From a virus (lineage: Duplodnaviria > Caudoviricetes): 57,928 nt of DNA. The notes beneath the pieces were generated by a model that worked only from the letters and a program-made list of their open reading frames with translations, searched no databases and was not told the origin of the DNA. Shown here piece after piece: positions 37,094-46,015 of the stretch (the first letter of the stretch is position 1; each line of letters begins with the position of its first letter). A program made the position numbers and the translations under genes. The stretch covers positions 1 through 57,928 of the IMG/VR virus record IMGVR_UViG_3300038312_000096. The stretch is one strand, 5' to 3'.

Positions 37094-37417
37094 GTGAAAG
37101 TATTTAAGATTATAGGGTTTATCCTCTCTTTGGCACCTGTACAGGGTGCTATTGTTACGCTATTTTTGTTTTACCTAGGCAAGTTATTTGTTAAGCACAA
37201 GTGGCTGAAAGGAATTGCTGAAATAGCTGTCGATTCGTACGAGTTCGCCGAGGAACAGGGGAAGGCTCAATTACTGAAGGGTTATGAAAAGTTCGATCCG
37301 TTCATGGATCGGTTTATTAAGCAATTTAGAGAGAAATATGGCTATGACCCTTTGCCTGGCGACAAAGGCATGGCTGTTGCAGTAATGGAAGAACAAGTAA
37401 AGAAGGAGCATCTTTGA
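37094..37417 (+). CDS. Holin-like membrane protein (LL-H-like) with candidate +1 frameshift extension to 37532
   Basis: N-terminal transmembrane segment; AEEQG..G.EKF; ends AAGGAG CAT CTT TGA. Confidence 0.65.
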   Translation: MKVFKIIGFILSLAPVQGAIVTLFLFYLGKLFVKHKWLKGIAEIAVDSYEFAEEQGKAQLLKGYEKFDPFMDRFIKQFREKYGYDPLPGDKGMAVAVMEEQVKKEHL

Positions 37418-37518
37418 GGTAGCCAAAAAGGAAACAGACGCAATATTTGATAAGTGGATTGCTGAAGGGAAAACACAGAGAGATGAATTATTAAACAAAG
37501 TTATAGAAGATATGAAAC

Positions 37519-37548
37519 GGAGACATCCTTAGGGGTGTCTCTTTTTTT
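37519..37548 (+). terminator. End-of-late-operon terminator
   Basis: GAGACATCC-ttag-GGGTGTCTC followed by T7. Confidence 0.85.
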
Positions 37549-37685
37549 GTTCTACTCTTTGGGTAGATTACATAGTTTAAAACGAGGTTGAAAATAGGTA
37601 GAATTGTAGGTTATCTCATTCAACCAGTAAACGTTGATTTTATAACGTTTAAGAGAAGTATTAAAAAAGTATAGGAGGATGGAGT

Positions 37686-38292
37686 GTGGATGAAAATAAT
37701 TTATTTGAATTAGGAGTAAGCTTGTTGGGGCTGGGAGTGGGTACGAGCATTCTCTTCCCTCAATCCTCAACACTGATTTATACCTCATATTTATTCGGTG
37801 TTTCTGCAATACTATACAAAGTATTGAATCTAAATAAGTGGCCTCGATTCTTTCGTGCCTGTGGATTATGTGTAAAAGAAGATAAAGATATTCTCTCCCC
37901 CCTCGCTCATAGAGCGAACTAAGACTAGTTACGGTTACTGTTTACGTTTTAAGCCTGTTGCTGGGCTAACCACTAAAGATTTGATTGCCAAGCAAGATAA
38001 GTTTGAGGAATTCCTTAATGCCAGAGTTGAAATTAGTTATTGGAATAAGAATATCTTTGTCAAAGTGTTTGACTCCAACTCGCTAGAAAACGACTTTGAA
38101 CTCGTTGACACCAAAGGAATAGTGGAGCTAGTGATCGGTCGTGGCTACCGAGGCGTAGAAACTCTCGACCTGTCCGCATCAGAAAGTAACGTCCACCTGC
38201 TTATAGCAGGGACGACAGGAGGAGGGAAGACCTCTCTACTGAGGTCTATTATAACCACTCTAATAGCTACTAAAGACCCTAAAGAGTTAAAG
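37686..38292 (+). pseudogene. FtsK/SpoIIIE-like ATPase, frameshifted near 37900 and truncated
   Basis: Transmembrane N-terminus; HLLIAGTTGGGKT; stops before Walker B at the junction. Confidence 0.8.
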
Positions 38293-38666
38293 CAATTCCT
38301 TTTCTCGACTAACTCAAGAAGCACAAAGTTTAAGCTTAATGACGCAGATAGGCTTTCTATGCCGGCAATATAAATATCAACGTTCCAATCTTTGATTCCA
38401 GATGTATTTACAAGCTCATAAATCGCACCGGGCAGATGCTTATTTACTTCGTCAGCGATAGTCCTTTTAACCGAAACAGGACATAGCCACAATATACAGT
38501 CTGCTTTTTGGTCTTGTATTCTTGTCACGGCTAAATCTAATGCAGTTCTGGTTTTCCCTGTCCCCATATCCATATACAAGGCACCAACTTTAGTCTTTGA
38601 TAACTTATCAATAGCCTTTTGTTGATGTTCCATTGGTTTAGTCGTAAAGGTCAGCAAGATTATCAC
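38289..38666 (-). pseudogene. SNF2-like helicase N-terminal fragment
   Basis: HQQKA, MDMGTGKTRT, LCPVSV; lost just before the DEx motif. Confidence 0.8.
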
Positions 38667-39246
38667 TTTCCTTTACACTTTCCAAGTCTGCAATAACTTC
38701 ATCTATCTGTTGCACTCTTTTTAGCAAGGCGACTTTTTCTTGTTTTAATTTCTCAATATCTATGTCGCCTAAAAGCTCAATCCCTTCTTTGTTCTCCGCC
38801 CATGTTTTCACAGCTATTTCTTGTGGAATATCCCTTACTTCGATAATTGTACCTTTTTCTGGGTTTATCTCTGGGTATCTACGACTGCCACCTGTAGCCG
38901 GAAACCCTCCACTTACCACTACTACTCTAGCGTCAATGTCAACTCGCCTGTCAGTATATCTACGCCGCAATAGTTGAAGCCCAAAAAGAACAAATTCATC
39001 AGATATTTTAAAGTGGTCTAAACTAATACGGACATCAACCTTCTTGCACGATCCATAGTCGTCTGTACCAAAGATGTCAATAAGTGCTGCTCTAATAGCA
39101 AATTCATCTCTTGGGTCAAACAACCACGCTTTCCCACTATCGCTCCACTTGCCGCCCCTCATTCTAGCAAAAGAAACAAGTTCTTTGTTGTAGGGAGAGA
39201 TAACTTTTAACACTCCTTCTCCCACTATAACAGCTATTTCCGACAT
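38638..39246 (-). CDS. Hypothetical protein with HARP-like N-terminal motif
   Basis: SPYN......R..GGKW.....W.F; AAGGAGG RBS before ATG 39246. Confidence 0.65.
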   Translation of the reverse strand: MSEIAVIVGEGVLKVISPYNKELVSFARMRGGKWSDSGKAWLFDPRDEFAIRAALIDIFGTDDYGSCKKVDVRISLDHFKISDEFVLFGLQLLRRRYTDRRVDIDARVVVVSGGFPATGGSRRYPEINPEKGTIIEVRDIPQEIAVKTWAENKEGIELLGDIDIEKLKQEKVALLKRVQQIDEVIADLESVKESDNLADLYD

Positions 39247-39271
39247 ACTAGCCCTCCTTATCCTTATTTTT

Positions 39272-39661
39272 TTAATACCAGGCTTCGGTTCTTGTATCGT
39301 AATGCCACCAGTCGCCATTTTCGAAGCGGACGATGTAAACCTGCTCTTCCTGGTCCCACTCCACACTCGAGATTTTTCCCTCGTACCTAGCCCTTTCATT
39401 GGCGCCCATGCTCGCCATATGGAGCTGGTAAACTTTTTCTACTGAAGGCGTTAAGTTTTCCATACTCAAGCCTTCTACCCACTCCTGTCTTACCACATCC
39501 CACTCAGCTCTAGAGCCATCGTCAAACACGACTAGCCACCAACCGCCGTCATCGTGAACTAATATTTCGTTAGCCTTATTCTCGTCCTCCACGTTTGTAT
39601 AAAACTCTTTTCCTTCATGCTCAACAACGCGGTTATAATCTGAAAGGTCAATCTTCTTCAT
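39272..39661 (-). CDS. Hypothetical acidic, Trp-rich protein
   Basis: AAGGAGG RBS; in operon. Confidence 0.75.
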   Translation of the reverse strand: MKKIDLSDYNRVVEHEGKEFYTNVEDENKANEILVHDDGGWWLVVFDDGSRAEWDVVRQEWVEGLSMENLTPSVEKVYQLHMASMGANERARYEGKISSVEWDQEEQVYIVRFENGDWWHYDTRTEAWY

Positions 39662-39674
39662 TTTTTAACCTCCT

Positions 39675-40373
39675 TTATTCTTGTTCACAGATTCTAGAAA
39701 GCCCGAAATGCACATAAAACTCCAGTAAATCCCGTAACTTTTCATCTGCTTCGTAGTAGTATTGTTCGAACTCTCTGCCACCATTTACACCAGAAATTTT
39801 CTTGTAATTCTCTTCCAAGTGTTTCTTTACTATCTCGTAAATCTCGTTTCTGTCGTCGCTGTCCTCGAGCGCAAGAGGCTCAGTTTCAGCTATGACAGCA
39901 TCAATATCGTTCCCTGGCCCATCGGAATCGTCTACATAGTGCTGTTCGGCCATCAGCTGCTCAACTTTATTTATGATTTTTTCGACCAGGCTTATATCAG
40001 CAGAAAGCTTCGTATAAGCCATGTAGCCGGCATCCGCGAGACTGTCTATTGAGATAGAAGCGGTGTTTTTGTCGTGCATGGTTAGCTTGTACTCCCGTTC
40101 GTCCTCATCTGCGCTGGCCAGTACTTCTCTTAGTTCCACATAGCCAGTATCGTCTTTGAGGTAGTAAAAGCCTTTGTTGTTTAGATGCTCAAGAATCTCG
40201 TTTAGCTTGCCGTAATCCATCTTTTCTTCCTCCATCCATCTTGATTTTATTTGCTCTTCGAGAAGTTCGCCCAAAGTCGCTTCCATCTTAAAATTCTCTT
40301 TGACACTGGCTAGCCTAGCCGCTAACCAAGCATCTTCACTAATCAACACATTAATTCTCTTAGTCTTAGCCAT
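39675..40373 (-). CDS. Acidic protein with possible N-terminal ribbon-helix-helix
   Basis: TKRINVLISED pattern; RBS. Confidence 0.7.
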   Translation of the reverse strand: MAKTKRINVLISEDAWLAARLASVKENFKMEATLGELLEEQIKSRWMEEEKMDYGKLNEILEHLNNKGFYYLKDDTGYVELREVLASADEDEREYKLTMHDKNTASISIDSLADAGYMAYTKLSADISLVEKIINKVEQLMAEQHYVDDSDGPGNDIDAVIAETEPLALEDSDDRNEIYEIVKKHLEENYKKISGVNGGREFEQYYYEADEKLRDLLEFYVHFGLSRICEQE

Positions 40374-40410
40374 TGCTTTTCCTCCTTAGAGGGGCCCAGC
40401 GCCCCTCGGT

Positions 40411-40653
40411 TTATTTATTAACTACTGTTCTGGCTACTTGCTGAAGAATGTTTTGCTGTGTCTCTCTCCTGCGGTCTAGGAACCATTGTGGGTCGTTATT
40501 TTCTTCTAGGAACACCAAAACTTTTTCAAACAATGCTGCTTGCGGGTGGTTCATTGCTTTTGCTTTATTTATAAACTCAGTCGTTACTTCTATTAAACTG
40601 TTTTTTATTGTTCTGGCGTGGCTCAATTCTAGCTGGCTTAACTCTTTAGTCAT
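40411..40653 (-). CDS. Hypothetical protein (80 aa) in the slot occupied by 104..958 in phage A
   Basis: GGGAGG RBS; same promoter and downstream hairpin. Confidence 0.75.
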   Translation of the reverse strand: MTKELSQLELSHARTIKNSLIEVTTEFINKAKAMNHPQAALFEKVLVFLEENNDPQWFLDRRRETQQNILQQVARTVVNK

Positions 40654-40928
40654 TTTGTTAGCCTCCCTTTCGCTCTTTCTGATTTCATTATAGCATGACG
40701 TGCGTATGCAGTCAAGCACAAATGCACAGATATTTAAAAATAATTTATATCGAATAAAAAAGCCCCGCGGTTAGGCGGAGCATGTCCTAAAATTTGGCTA
40801 TTTACGTGAGGGAAACAAATGTTTTCTGTAATCTCAGAAGCCATCAGGTATAATTACATAGCTTGTACTTTGAAAATGCTTTAGAAAGCAAATGTGAAGG
40901 TATTGCCTGCTAGAAGTTGGTGCGGTTA

Positions 40929-41381
40929 TTATTTTGCCGGCAAGTTAGTTAGTTTAGCCGACCTAATGCTTTCGTTATATCCTTTAAAAGTAATGCGGGA
41001 AGCATTAACGCTTGTCCCTTCTGGCACGTGGAAATAAATGTCACCTGTCCTCGATTCTTGTGGCGGGTACGCTCTCGGTAATTCGCCTGTAATTCCTTCG
41101 TAAAGCAGTTTCATATCAAAAGCGTTGCCGTTAGCTGTAATGAATTCGAACTTGTCCATAAACCAGTTAAGGGATTGATCTTTCTTTGTATTATTTTTCG
41201 CAGTTACATTGATTACGAGCCACTTATAGCCAGGATCGGGCCTATATTCAGAATAGCCATCAGTAAGAACATCTTTAAACGTGTAGTTATTAAAAACAAA
41301 AGACATCTTATAAAGTGAGCCAAGGCATCCAGTCAGAAGTAGAAGGCTAATAAAAAATAAAGCAATATTTTTTGTTTTCAT
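40929..41381 (-). CDS. DUF4352-like lipoprotein (possible superinfection exclusion)
   Basis: Lipobox LLTGC; G.KWLVINVT.KN; G.IYFHVP. Confidence 0.75.
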   Translation of the reverse strand: MKTKNIALFFISLLLLTGCLGSLYKMSFVFNNYTFKDVLTDGYSEYRPDPGYKWLVINVTAKNNTKKDQSLNWFMDKFEFITANGNAFDMKLLYEGITGELPRAYPPQESRTGDIYFHVPEGTSVNASRITFKGYNESIRSAKLTNLPAK

Positions 41382-41475
41382 AGCATAATTCTCCTTTTTA
41401 TTATAGTAAGGCATATCTTCTGTGGCTGGTAAAAATATCCTTCTTTTCCATTTAACATACCTGGAATTGCGGGTG

Positions 41476-41704
41476 GTAGCCACCTCGTAGCCTACAAAAT
41501 CAGTCTCAAACATTGTTATTACATGTAGAGTGCTTGACTACGAATCAAGAGGCCGCAGGTTCGAGTCCTGCCGGGCGCACCACTAAGAATATTGATAAGA
41601 CTGCTTTTAGCAGTCTTATTTGCTTATGATGCTCTTTTTAGAAATCGTTAGAAATCACTTTAATTTGGAGGCGTAGCCTACAGGTAGCCTACAGGTAGCC
41701 TACA
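41476..41704 (+). repeat. attP arm-type integrase sites
   Basis: GTAGCCTACA at 41487, 41673, 41684 and 41695 (11-bp period); degenerate copy at 41476; TTAGAAATC twice at 41638 and 41648. Confidence 0.8.
41526..41582 (+). other. attP core: 3' part of tRNA-Arg(ACG)
   Basis: CTTGA-CTACGAA-TCAAG anticodon arm; GGTTCGAGTCC; ends GCACCA; 5' acceptor strand absent; terminator follows. Confidence 0.9.
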
Positions 41705-41716
41705 AAAACAACAAGC

Positions 41717-42742
41717 TTATATCTTTTCTATAGCTTGCCTTAACTCTTCTAAGTCTGTGTGTGTATAGATATTTGCTGTAGTAGAGTAATCTGCATGTCC
41801 AATTATTTCTTGGATTGCTTTAGTATTAGCTCCGGCTTTACTAAGGAGACTTGCAAATGTGTGCCTAGTGGAGTGAGGTACCAAATTTCTTACCCCTGCT
41901 TTTTCAAGAGTAGGGTAATAGAGTTGAGTTCGGTAGTAATCCACCAGTATTCTTTGACCGTTTCGATTAATAATATAGCTGCCATCCGTGTTATACCACT
42001 GTCTAATATAATTTTGTATTTTAGGGTGAATAGGTATAGTTCTGTTCTTACCAGCTTCTGTTTTGCTTCCACCTGTGATAGTCATCGCTTTAAGGTCTAT
42101 GTTAAATTTTGTGAGCTTCAGAAGCTCGCCAATTCGCATTCCAGTATATATTAGTATCAGTATGCTATTAGCCCACTGATCATCCTCAGCTAATTTCTCT
42201 ATAGCTTTTATTTCGATCTCAGTGAAGCATTCGCGTCCTTTTGCAGTTTCTTCTGGTAATTTAACTAACTCTGCGTAGTTCTTGCTAACTATATCATCAG
42301 CCATCGCATATTGGTACAGCAACCCAGCAAGCACCTTGACTTTGTGACAAGACGACTTACTTAATCCCGCTTTACTCATGCTAGTTATAACATCTTGCAA
42401 ATGTGATGTCTTAATATCTTGAAATTGCATATCTGACAGTTTGGAGAGATGCTTCCAAGCGGCATTATAGGTTTCCCTAGTGCTTTTGCTTATGGTTTCG
42501 TATTTTAGGTTAACCCATTCCTCAAAGAGCGCACTAAGGGTTATCCCTGAGCGCTCTCCGATGGGGTTCTTGTTATATTCAGTAAGCGCTGATATAGCCT
42601 CCGCTCTTGTTTTGTAGCTTCCTACGTAATACTTTAGTTGCTTGCCATCTTCTGCCCAGCCCGTAGTCACGCGAGCAACCCACGAGTTGCGGCGATTACC
42701 CTTTACTTTGTATACGCTACCAAATCCATTTGGCAACTTCAC
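41717..42742 (-). CDS. int: Tyrosine integrase
   Basis: KLPNGFGSV; TGMRIGE; K; HSTRH; GH; Y catalytic residues. Confidence 0.95.
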   Translation of the reverse strand: MKLPNGFGSVYKVKGNRRNSWVARVTTGWAEDGKQLKYYVGSYKTRAEAISALTEYNKNPIGERSGITLSALFEEWVNLKYETISKSTRETYNAAWKHLSKLSDMQFQDIKTSHLQDVITSMSKAGLSKSSCHKVKVLAGLLYQYAMADDIVSKNYAELVKLPEETAKGRECFTEIEIKAIEKLAEDDQWANSILILIYTGMRIGELLKLTKFNIDLKAMTITGGSKTEAGKNRTIPIHPKIQNYIRQWYNTDGSYIINRNGQRILVDYYRTQLYYPTLEKAGVRNLVPHSTRHTFASLLSKAGANTKAIQEIIGHADYSTTANIYTHTDLEELRQAIEKI

Positions 42743-42755
42743 GAGGATCAACCCC

Positions 42756-43364
42756 CTACAACATACTTTGAAAGAATATAGCTTTGCCCAAAATCTTTAT
42801 TTCAGCAAAATCTTCTGCTGTGTAATACCGCGGTTGGTAGTTAGAATTTTCGGGCTTAAGGATAATGCCGCCATTGTTCTTATAAAACCTTTTAAGAGTA
42901 GCTTCGTTATCTAGTAGTACCACAGCTATTTCTCCATCGTCCACAGCTGACTGTTTTCTAACAAACACTACATCGCCATTGTTTATTCTGGCATCGACCA
43001 TACTGTCACCCTTTACCTGCAAGCAGAAATCAACATCTAGGCATTCATCCACCTCTACATATGTTCGGCAATCCTCGTACGCATAAATTGGTTCTCCTGC
43101 GGCTATAGTTCCGAGCAGGGGGACCTTTTTTGTTTTAAGTGAAAGGATGCTTTCAGGCTCGTCCATCCCCATGATCCACAGTGGTGATACCCGCAACGCC
43201 TTTGCTAAAAGGGCCACGTTATCCCTTCTCATGTTTTCGATAAAACCTGTTTCCCATTTCATAACTGTGCTTTTACTAACACCAACTAAATTTCCTACAT
43301 CTTCTAAGGTTAATCCTAACTCTAATCTTCTTTTTTTTAATTTGCCTCCCATTTCCATGCACAA
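42756..43364 (-). CDS. cI: CI/LexA-like repressor (HTH plus S24 peptidase)
   Basis: IAAG cleavage site; VKGDSM; ATLKR. Confidence 0.92.
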   Translation of the reverse strand: MCMEMGGKLKKRRLELGLTLEDVGNLVGVSKSTVMKWETGFIENMRRDNVALLAKALRVSPLWIMGMDEPESILSLKTKKVPLLGTIAAGEPIYAYEDCRTYVEVDECLDVDFCLQVKGDSMVDARINNGDVVFVRKQSAVDDGEIAVVLLDNEATLKRFYKNNGGIILKPENSNYQPRYYTAEDFAEIKILGKAIFFQSML

Positions 43365-43401
43365 TCACCTCATCCTTTGTAATACTATTATAAACATATT
43401 T

Positions 43402-43745
43402 GTTTCATATATGCAACAATTTGTATCAATATTGAGGTAAAAGTTTCCGAAAGTGCTTGCATGTGTTTCAAGCATGTGCTAGACTAAAAGTAGCCTAAAG
43501 GAAACATAAGAAAGGAGTTATAAACATGAGAGTAAACGAACTAAAAGCAGAAGCAGTACGTAAAGGGTTGACTATAGACGAAGTAGCTGAAAAAGCAGGC
43601 ATCAAAAAAACTACTATGTGGAGAAGGATACAGGACTCGGGTAATTTCACGATTAAAGAAATCGAAAGTATTGCTAATACTTTAGATTTAAGTGGGATTA
43701 AGATATTGGAAATTTTTTTTGACGAGAAAGTTTCCTAAAGGATAC
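43402..43745. promoter_or_regulatory. Palindromic operators of the phage B switch
   Basis: GTTTCATATATGCAAC (43402), GTAGCCTAAAGGAAAC (43490), GTTTCCTAAAGGATAC (43730); cro promoter TTGCAT-17-TAGACT at 43457-43485. Confidence 0.7.
43526..43738 (+). CDS. cro: Cro-like HTH protein
   Basis: Divergent from cI; HTH; FTIKEI..IFF. Confidence 0.85.
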   Translation: MRVNELKAEAVRKGLTIDEVAEKAGIKKTTMWRRIQDSGNFTIKEIESIANTLDLSGIKILEIFFDEKVS

Positions 43746-43762
43746 AGAGGAGGTGTTCGCTC

Positions 43763-43984
43763 GTGACTTTGCAAGAGCTGGAGGCAAAAAGGCCGCCCAA
43801 GATAACAGTCCAGGAAGCGGCAAGAATCATGGGGGTAACGCCAAGATTTATTCACATGGGCCTTCAGTATAATAAGTTCGGTTTTGGTACTGCGATTAAA
43901 ATGTCGAAGCGCTGGAGCTATTACATTAATACAGAGAGATTCTTGCAATACATGGCCGGTGATGACTTAAAAAAGGAGGCTTAA
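43763..43984 (+). CDS. Excisionase-like HTH protein
   Basis: ITVQEAARIMGVTP..FG.A..W.YYI. Confidence 0.7.
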   Translation: MTLQELEAKRPPKITVQEAARIMGVTPRFIHMGLQYNKFGFGTAIKMSKRWSYYINTERFLQYMAGDDLKKEA

Positions 43985-43986
43985 GT

Positions 43987-44773
43987 ATGAACGAATTACA
44001 AGAAAAGAAAGTTTTGACTCTTGATAGTCGAGAAGTCGCGGACATGGTAGAGAAAAGACACGATCATTTAATGAGGGATATTGAAACCTACATTGATTAT
44101 TTAGGTCAAACCCCAAGTTTGGGTTCTGATGCTTTCTTTATTGAAAGTAGCTACAAAGCCGGCACAGGTAAGGAATATAAATGTTATCTAGTCACCAAAA
44201 AAAGGTTGCGAGTTTATTGCTCACAAACTCACCGGCCAGAAAGGAGCAATCTTCACAGCGACATACATTAACCGCTTCCACCAGTTAGAACAAAGCTTAG
44301 AACAAGCTGTTACAATGCTCACCGAAGAGCAGAGATTACAGCTGGCTATCTTCCAGGCCAGGACAGCAGAGGAAGCAGGAGTGGCGGCGGCTAACCTCGA
44401 CAGATACAGACGCAAGCAACTAGAAGAAACCAAGAAAGCACTGGACCATAAGACCGAAGTCATTAAAGGCGTAACAGAAGACATTGACATCTACACAAAA
44501 CGCAATGTTCTCAACAAAGTTGTTCGCTATAAAGGAGCTAACTTCTCGGAGCGCTGGAACGAGCTTTACGACCGTTACAAAGAAGTTTATTCGGTTGATT
44601 TAAGAGCCAGATGCGAGGGCTACAATTTGAAGCAAAAAATAGGCAAGGACAAGCTGTCGGTAGTTAAGTATGCTGAAAAGTTTGGTCACATAGATAATCT
44701 CTATAAGATAGCACTGAAACTTTACGAAACTGATATCAAAGAAATTTTGGAGCATCTAAAAGAGATAGCTTAA
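43987..44773 (+). CDS. Rha-family antirepressor, split by an A7 tract (44197-44203)
   Basis: LDSREVADMVEKRH; removing one A restores LVTKKGCEFIAHKLTGQKG..FTATYI. Confidence 0.82.
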
Positions 44774-44785
44774 GGGGTTGATGTT

Positions 44786-44992
44786 GTGCTTACTGGTTAC
44801 GATAAGTACCTTTTCCTTCTTCGAATAGACTTTGAAATCTGGTCTTATTATGGGACGCAAGATAACGCCTTGATGGTATTAAAAAGAATGGCAGAAGCAG
44901 ATGGTTACAAAATTGAAGACGGAGACATTTATGTCGGAAACTTAAGCGGTTCTAGGGCTATATGTTTAGAAGAGATTGTAAAGGTAGGCTAG
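44786..44992 (+). CDS. Hypothetical protein
   Basis: RBS; in operon. Confidence 0.55.
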   Translation: MLTGYDKYLFLLRIDFEIWSYYGTQDNALMVLKRMAEADGYKIEDGDIYVGNLSGSRAICLEEIVKVG

Positions 44993-44994
44993 GA

Positions 44995-45549
44995 ATGGAA
45001 GAAAAGGGCAGTAAATACGATTCGTCCGAAAGCATCTTACTGAAATACAGCGAGCTATTCGAAAAAGCAGTTTACGACATTTTGTTTGAAATGCTAGAAG
45101 AAGAAACGGCTTCAGCCAGAGATGCGGCAGAACGCCTGAAACAAATTATTGAAGCAGAAAAGGAAGGACGGCTTGTAATACTTCCAAGCGAAAGCGAGGA
45201 AATTGTCAACGCTATTGAAGTCGCATTAGGACTAAAGCTTTATGACTGGCAAAAAGCTTATATGTTCGGATGTGGTGGCTACCTAGCGCCAGGCCGGCAA
45301 ACCGGCAAAACTCTTGCATGGATACTAAAAATACTGCTATCAGAAGGCCCTCCGCTTCATCTATATAATCCGGCCGTGTTGCGCGAGGCTTGTGACTCTA
45401 CTGCGCATGGTAATCAATATTATATCTGGTTTAAGGATCAGCTAAGAAAGGTGTACTGTACGTTGCTATATGATTATTGTTTAAGGCCAAAGCTCAGAAA
45501 AATATATTTTACCGAAGGCGAAGCTCGGAACGATGAGTATTCAAAATGA
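44995..45549 (+). CDS. Hypothetical protein with P-loop-like GRQTGKT
   Basis: LYDWQ..GRQTGKTLA. Confidence 0.6.
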   Translation: MEEKGSKYDSSESILLKYSELFEKAVYDILFEMLEEETASARDAAERLKQIIEAEKEGRLVILPSESEEIVNAIEVALGLKLYDWQKAYMFGCGGYLAPGRQTGKTLAWILKILLSEGPPLHLYNPAVLREACDSTAHGNQYYIWFKDQLRKVYCTLLYDYCLRPKLRKIYFTEGEARNDEYSK

Positions 45550-45570
45550 CTAGAACAGGGGGGAGTAACC

Positions 45571-45804
45571 ATGGAAGAAAACATTTTTGAAATCATTGAA
45601 GGAACTCTAGATAACTTTGATGCTGCATTCGACAAAGCGGTTAACCAGATTATTTTTACACTCAAGAAAGACGCCAAGAATTATGGCGAGGTTATACGAA
45701 ATCTTCTCAAGTTCAGGATGAGACTTTACAATTCTCGTGGCATAAACAGCAAATATACGATCTTACTTGATGCTGTAACCAGAACAATGCTGGACGAGAT
45801 GTAG
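45571..45804 (+). CDS. Hypothetical protein
   Basis: RBS. Confidence 0.6.
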   Translation: MEENIFEIIEGTLDNFDAAFDKAVNQIIFTLKKDAKNYGEVIRNLLKFRMRLYNSRGINSKYTILLDAVTRTMLDEM

Positions 45805-45829
45805 AGTCTGCAGATAAAGGAGGATTAGC

Positions 45830-46003
45830 ATGTATACCATCTACATCACCAGAGCGGATGGGATCAGAAGACAGGTCTGCCGGTTGAGTTCTAAAGATAA
45901 AGCAGTAGACCTAGCGCACCGGCTACTGGATACTGCACCGAAAGGGTTTCCGATTGTTGTAGAAGTTTGTAGAGGTAGTTTTCAACTAATGGTAGCGGCA
46001 TAA
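45830..46003 (+). CDS. 57-aa protein ending in VAA, homolog of 4128..4289 (not in ORF track)
   Basis: MYTIYIT...GIR versus MYKIYLT...GIR; AAGGAGG RBS. Confidence 0.75.
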   Translation: MYTIYITRADGIRRQVCRLSSKDKAVDLAHRLLDTAPKGFPIVVEVCRGSFQLMVAA

Positions 46004-46015
46004 GGAGGTTTATGA

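Larger units (their letters stand above)
1..40307. mobile_element. Phage A: apparently complete temperate siphophage with plasmid-type maintenance (phage-plasmid)
   Basis: Rep/ParA/partner, repressor, replication, terminase, portal, capsid, tail and lysis genes in canonical order; no integrase in this part; bases 1-88 recur at 40308-40395, which closes a ~40.3 kb circle. Confidence 0.8.

Noticed and set aside
40881-40916. Vestigial rep C-terminus (LLAGNT) in phage B
   Set aside because: The same nucleotides recur non-coding at 19582 and 56832, so a DNA motif explains them at least as well; not fully excluded
41526-41582. Functional tRNA-Arg gene
   Set aside because: 5' acceptor strand and most of the D arm are missing; it is the attP core
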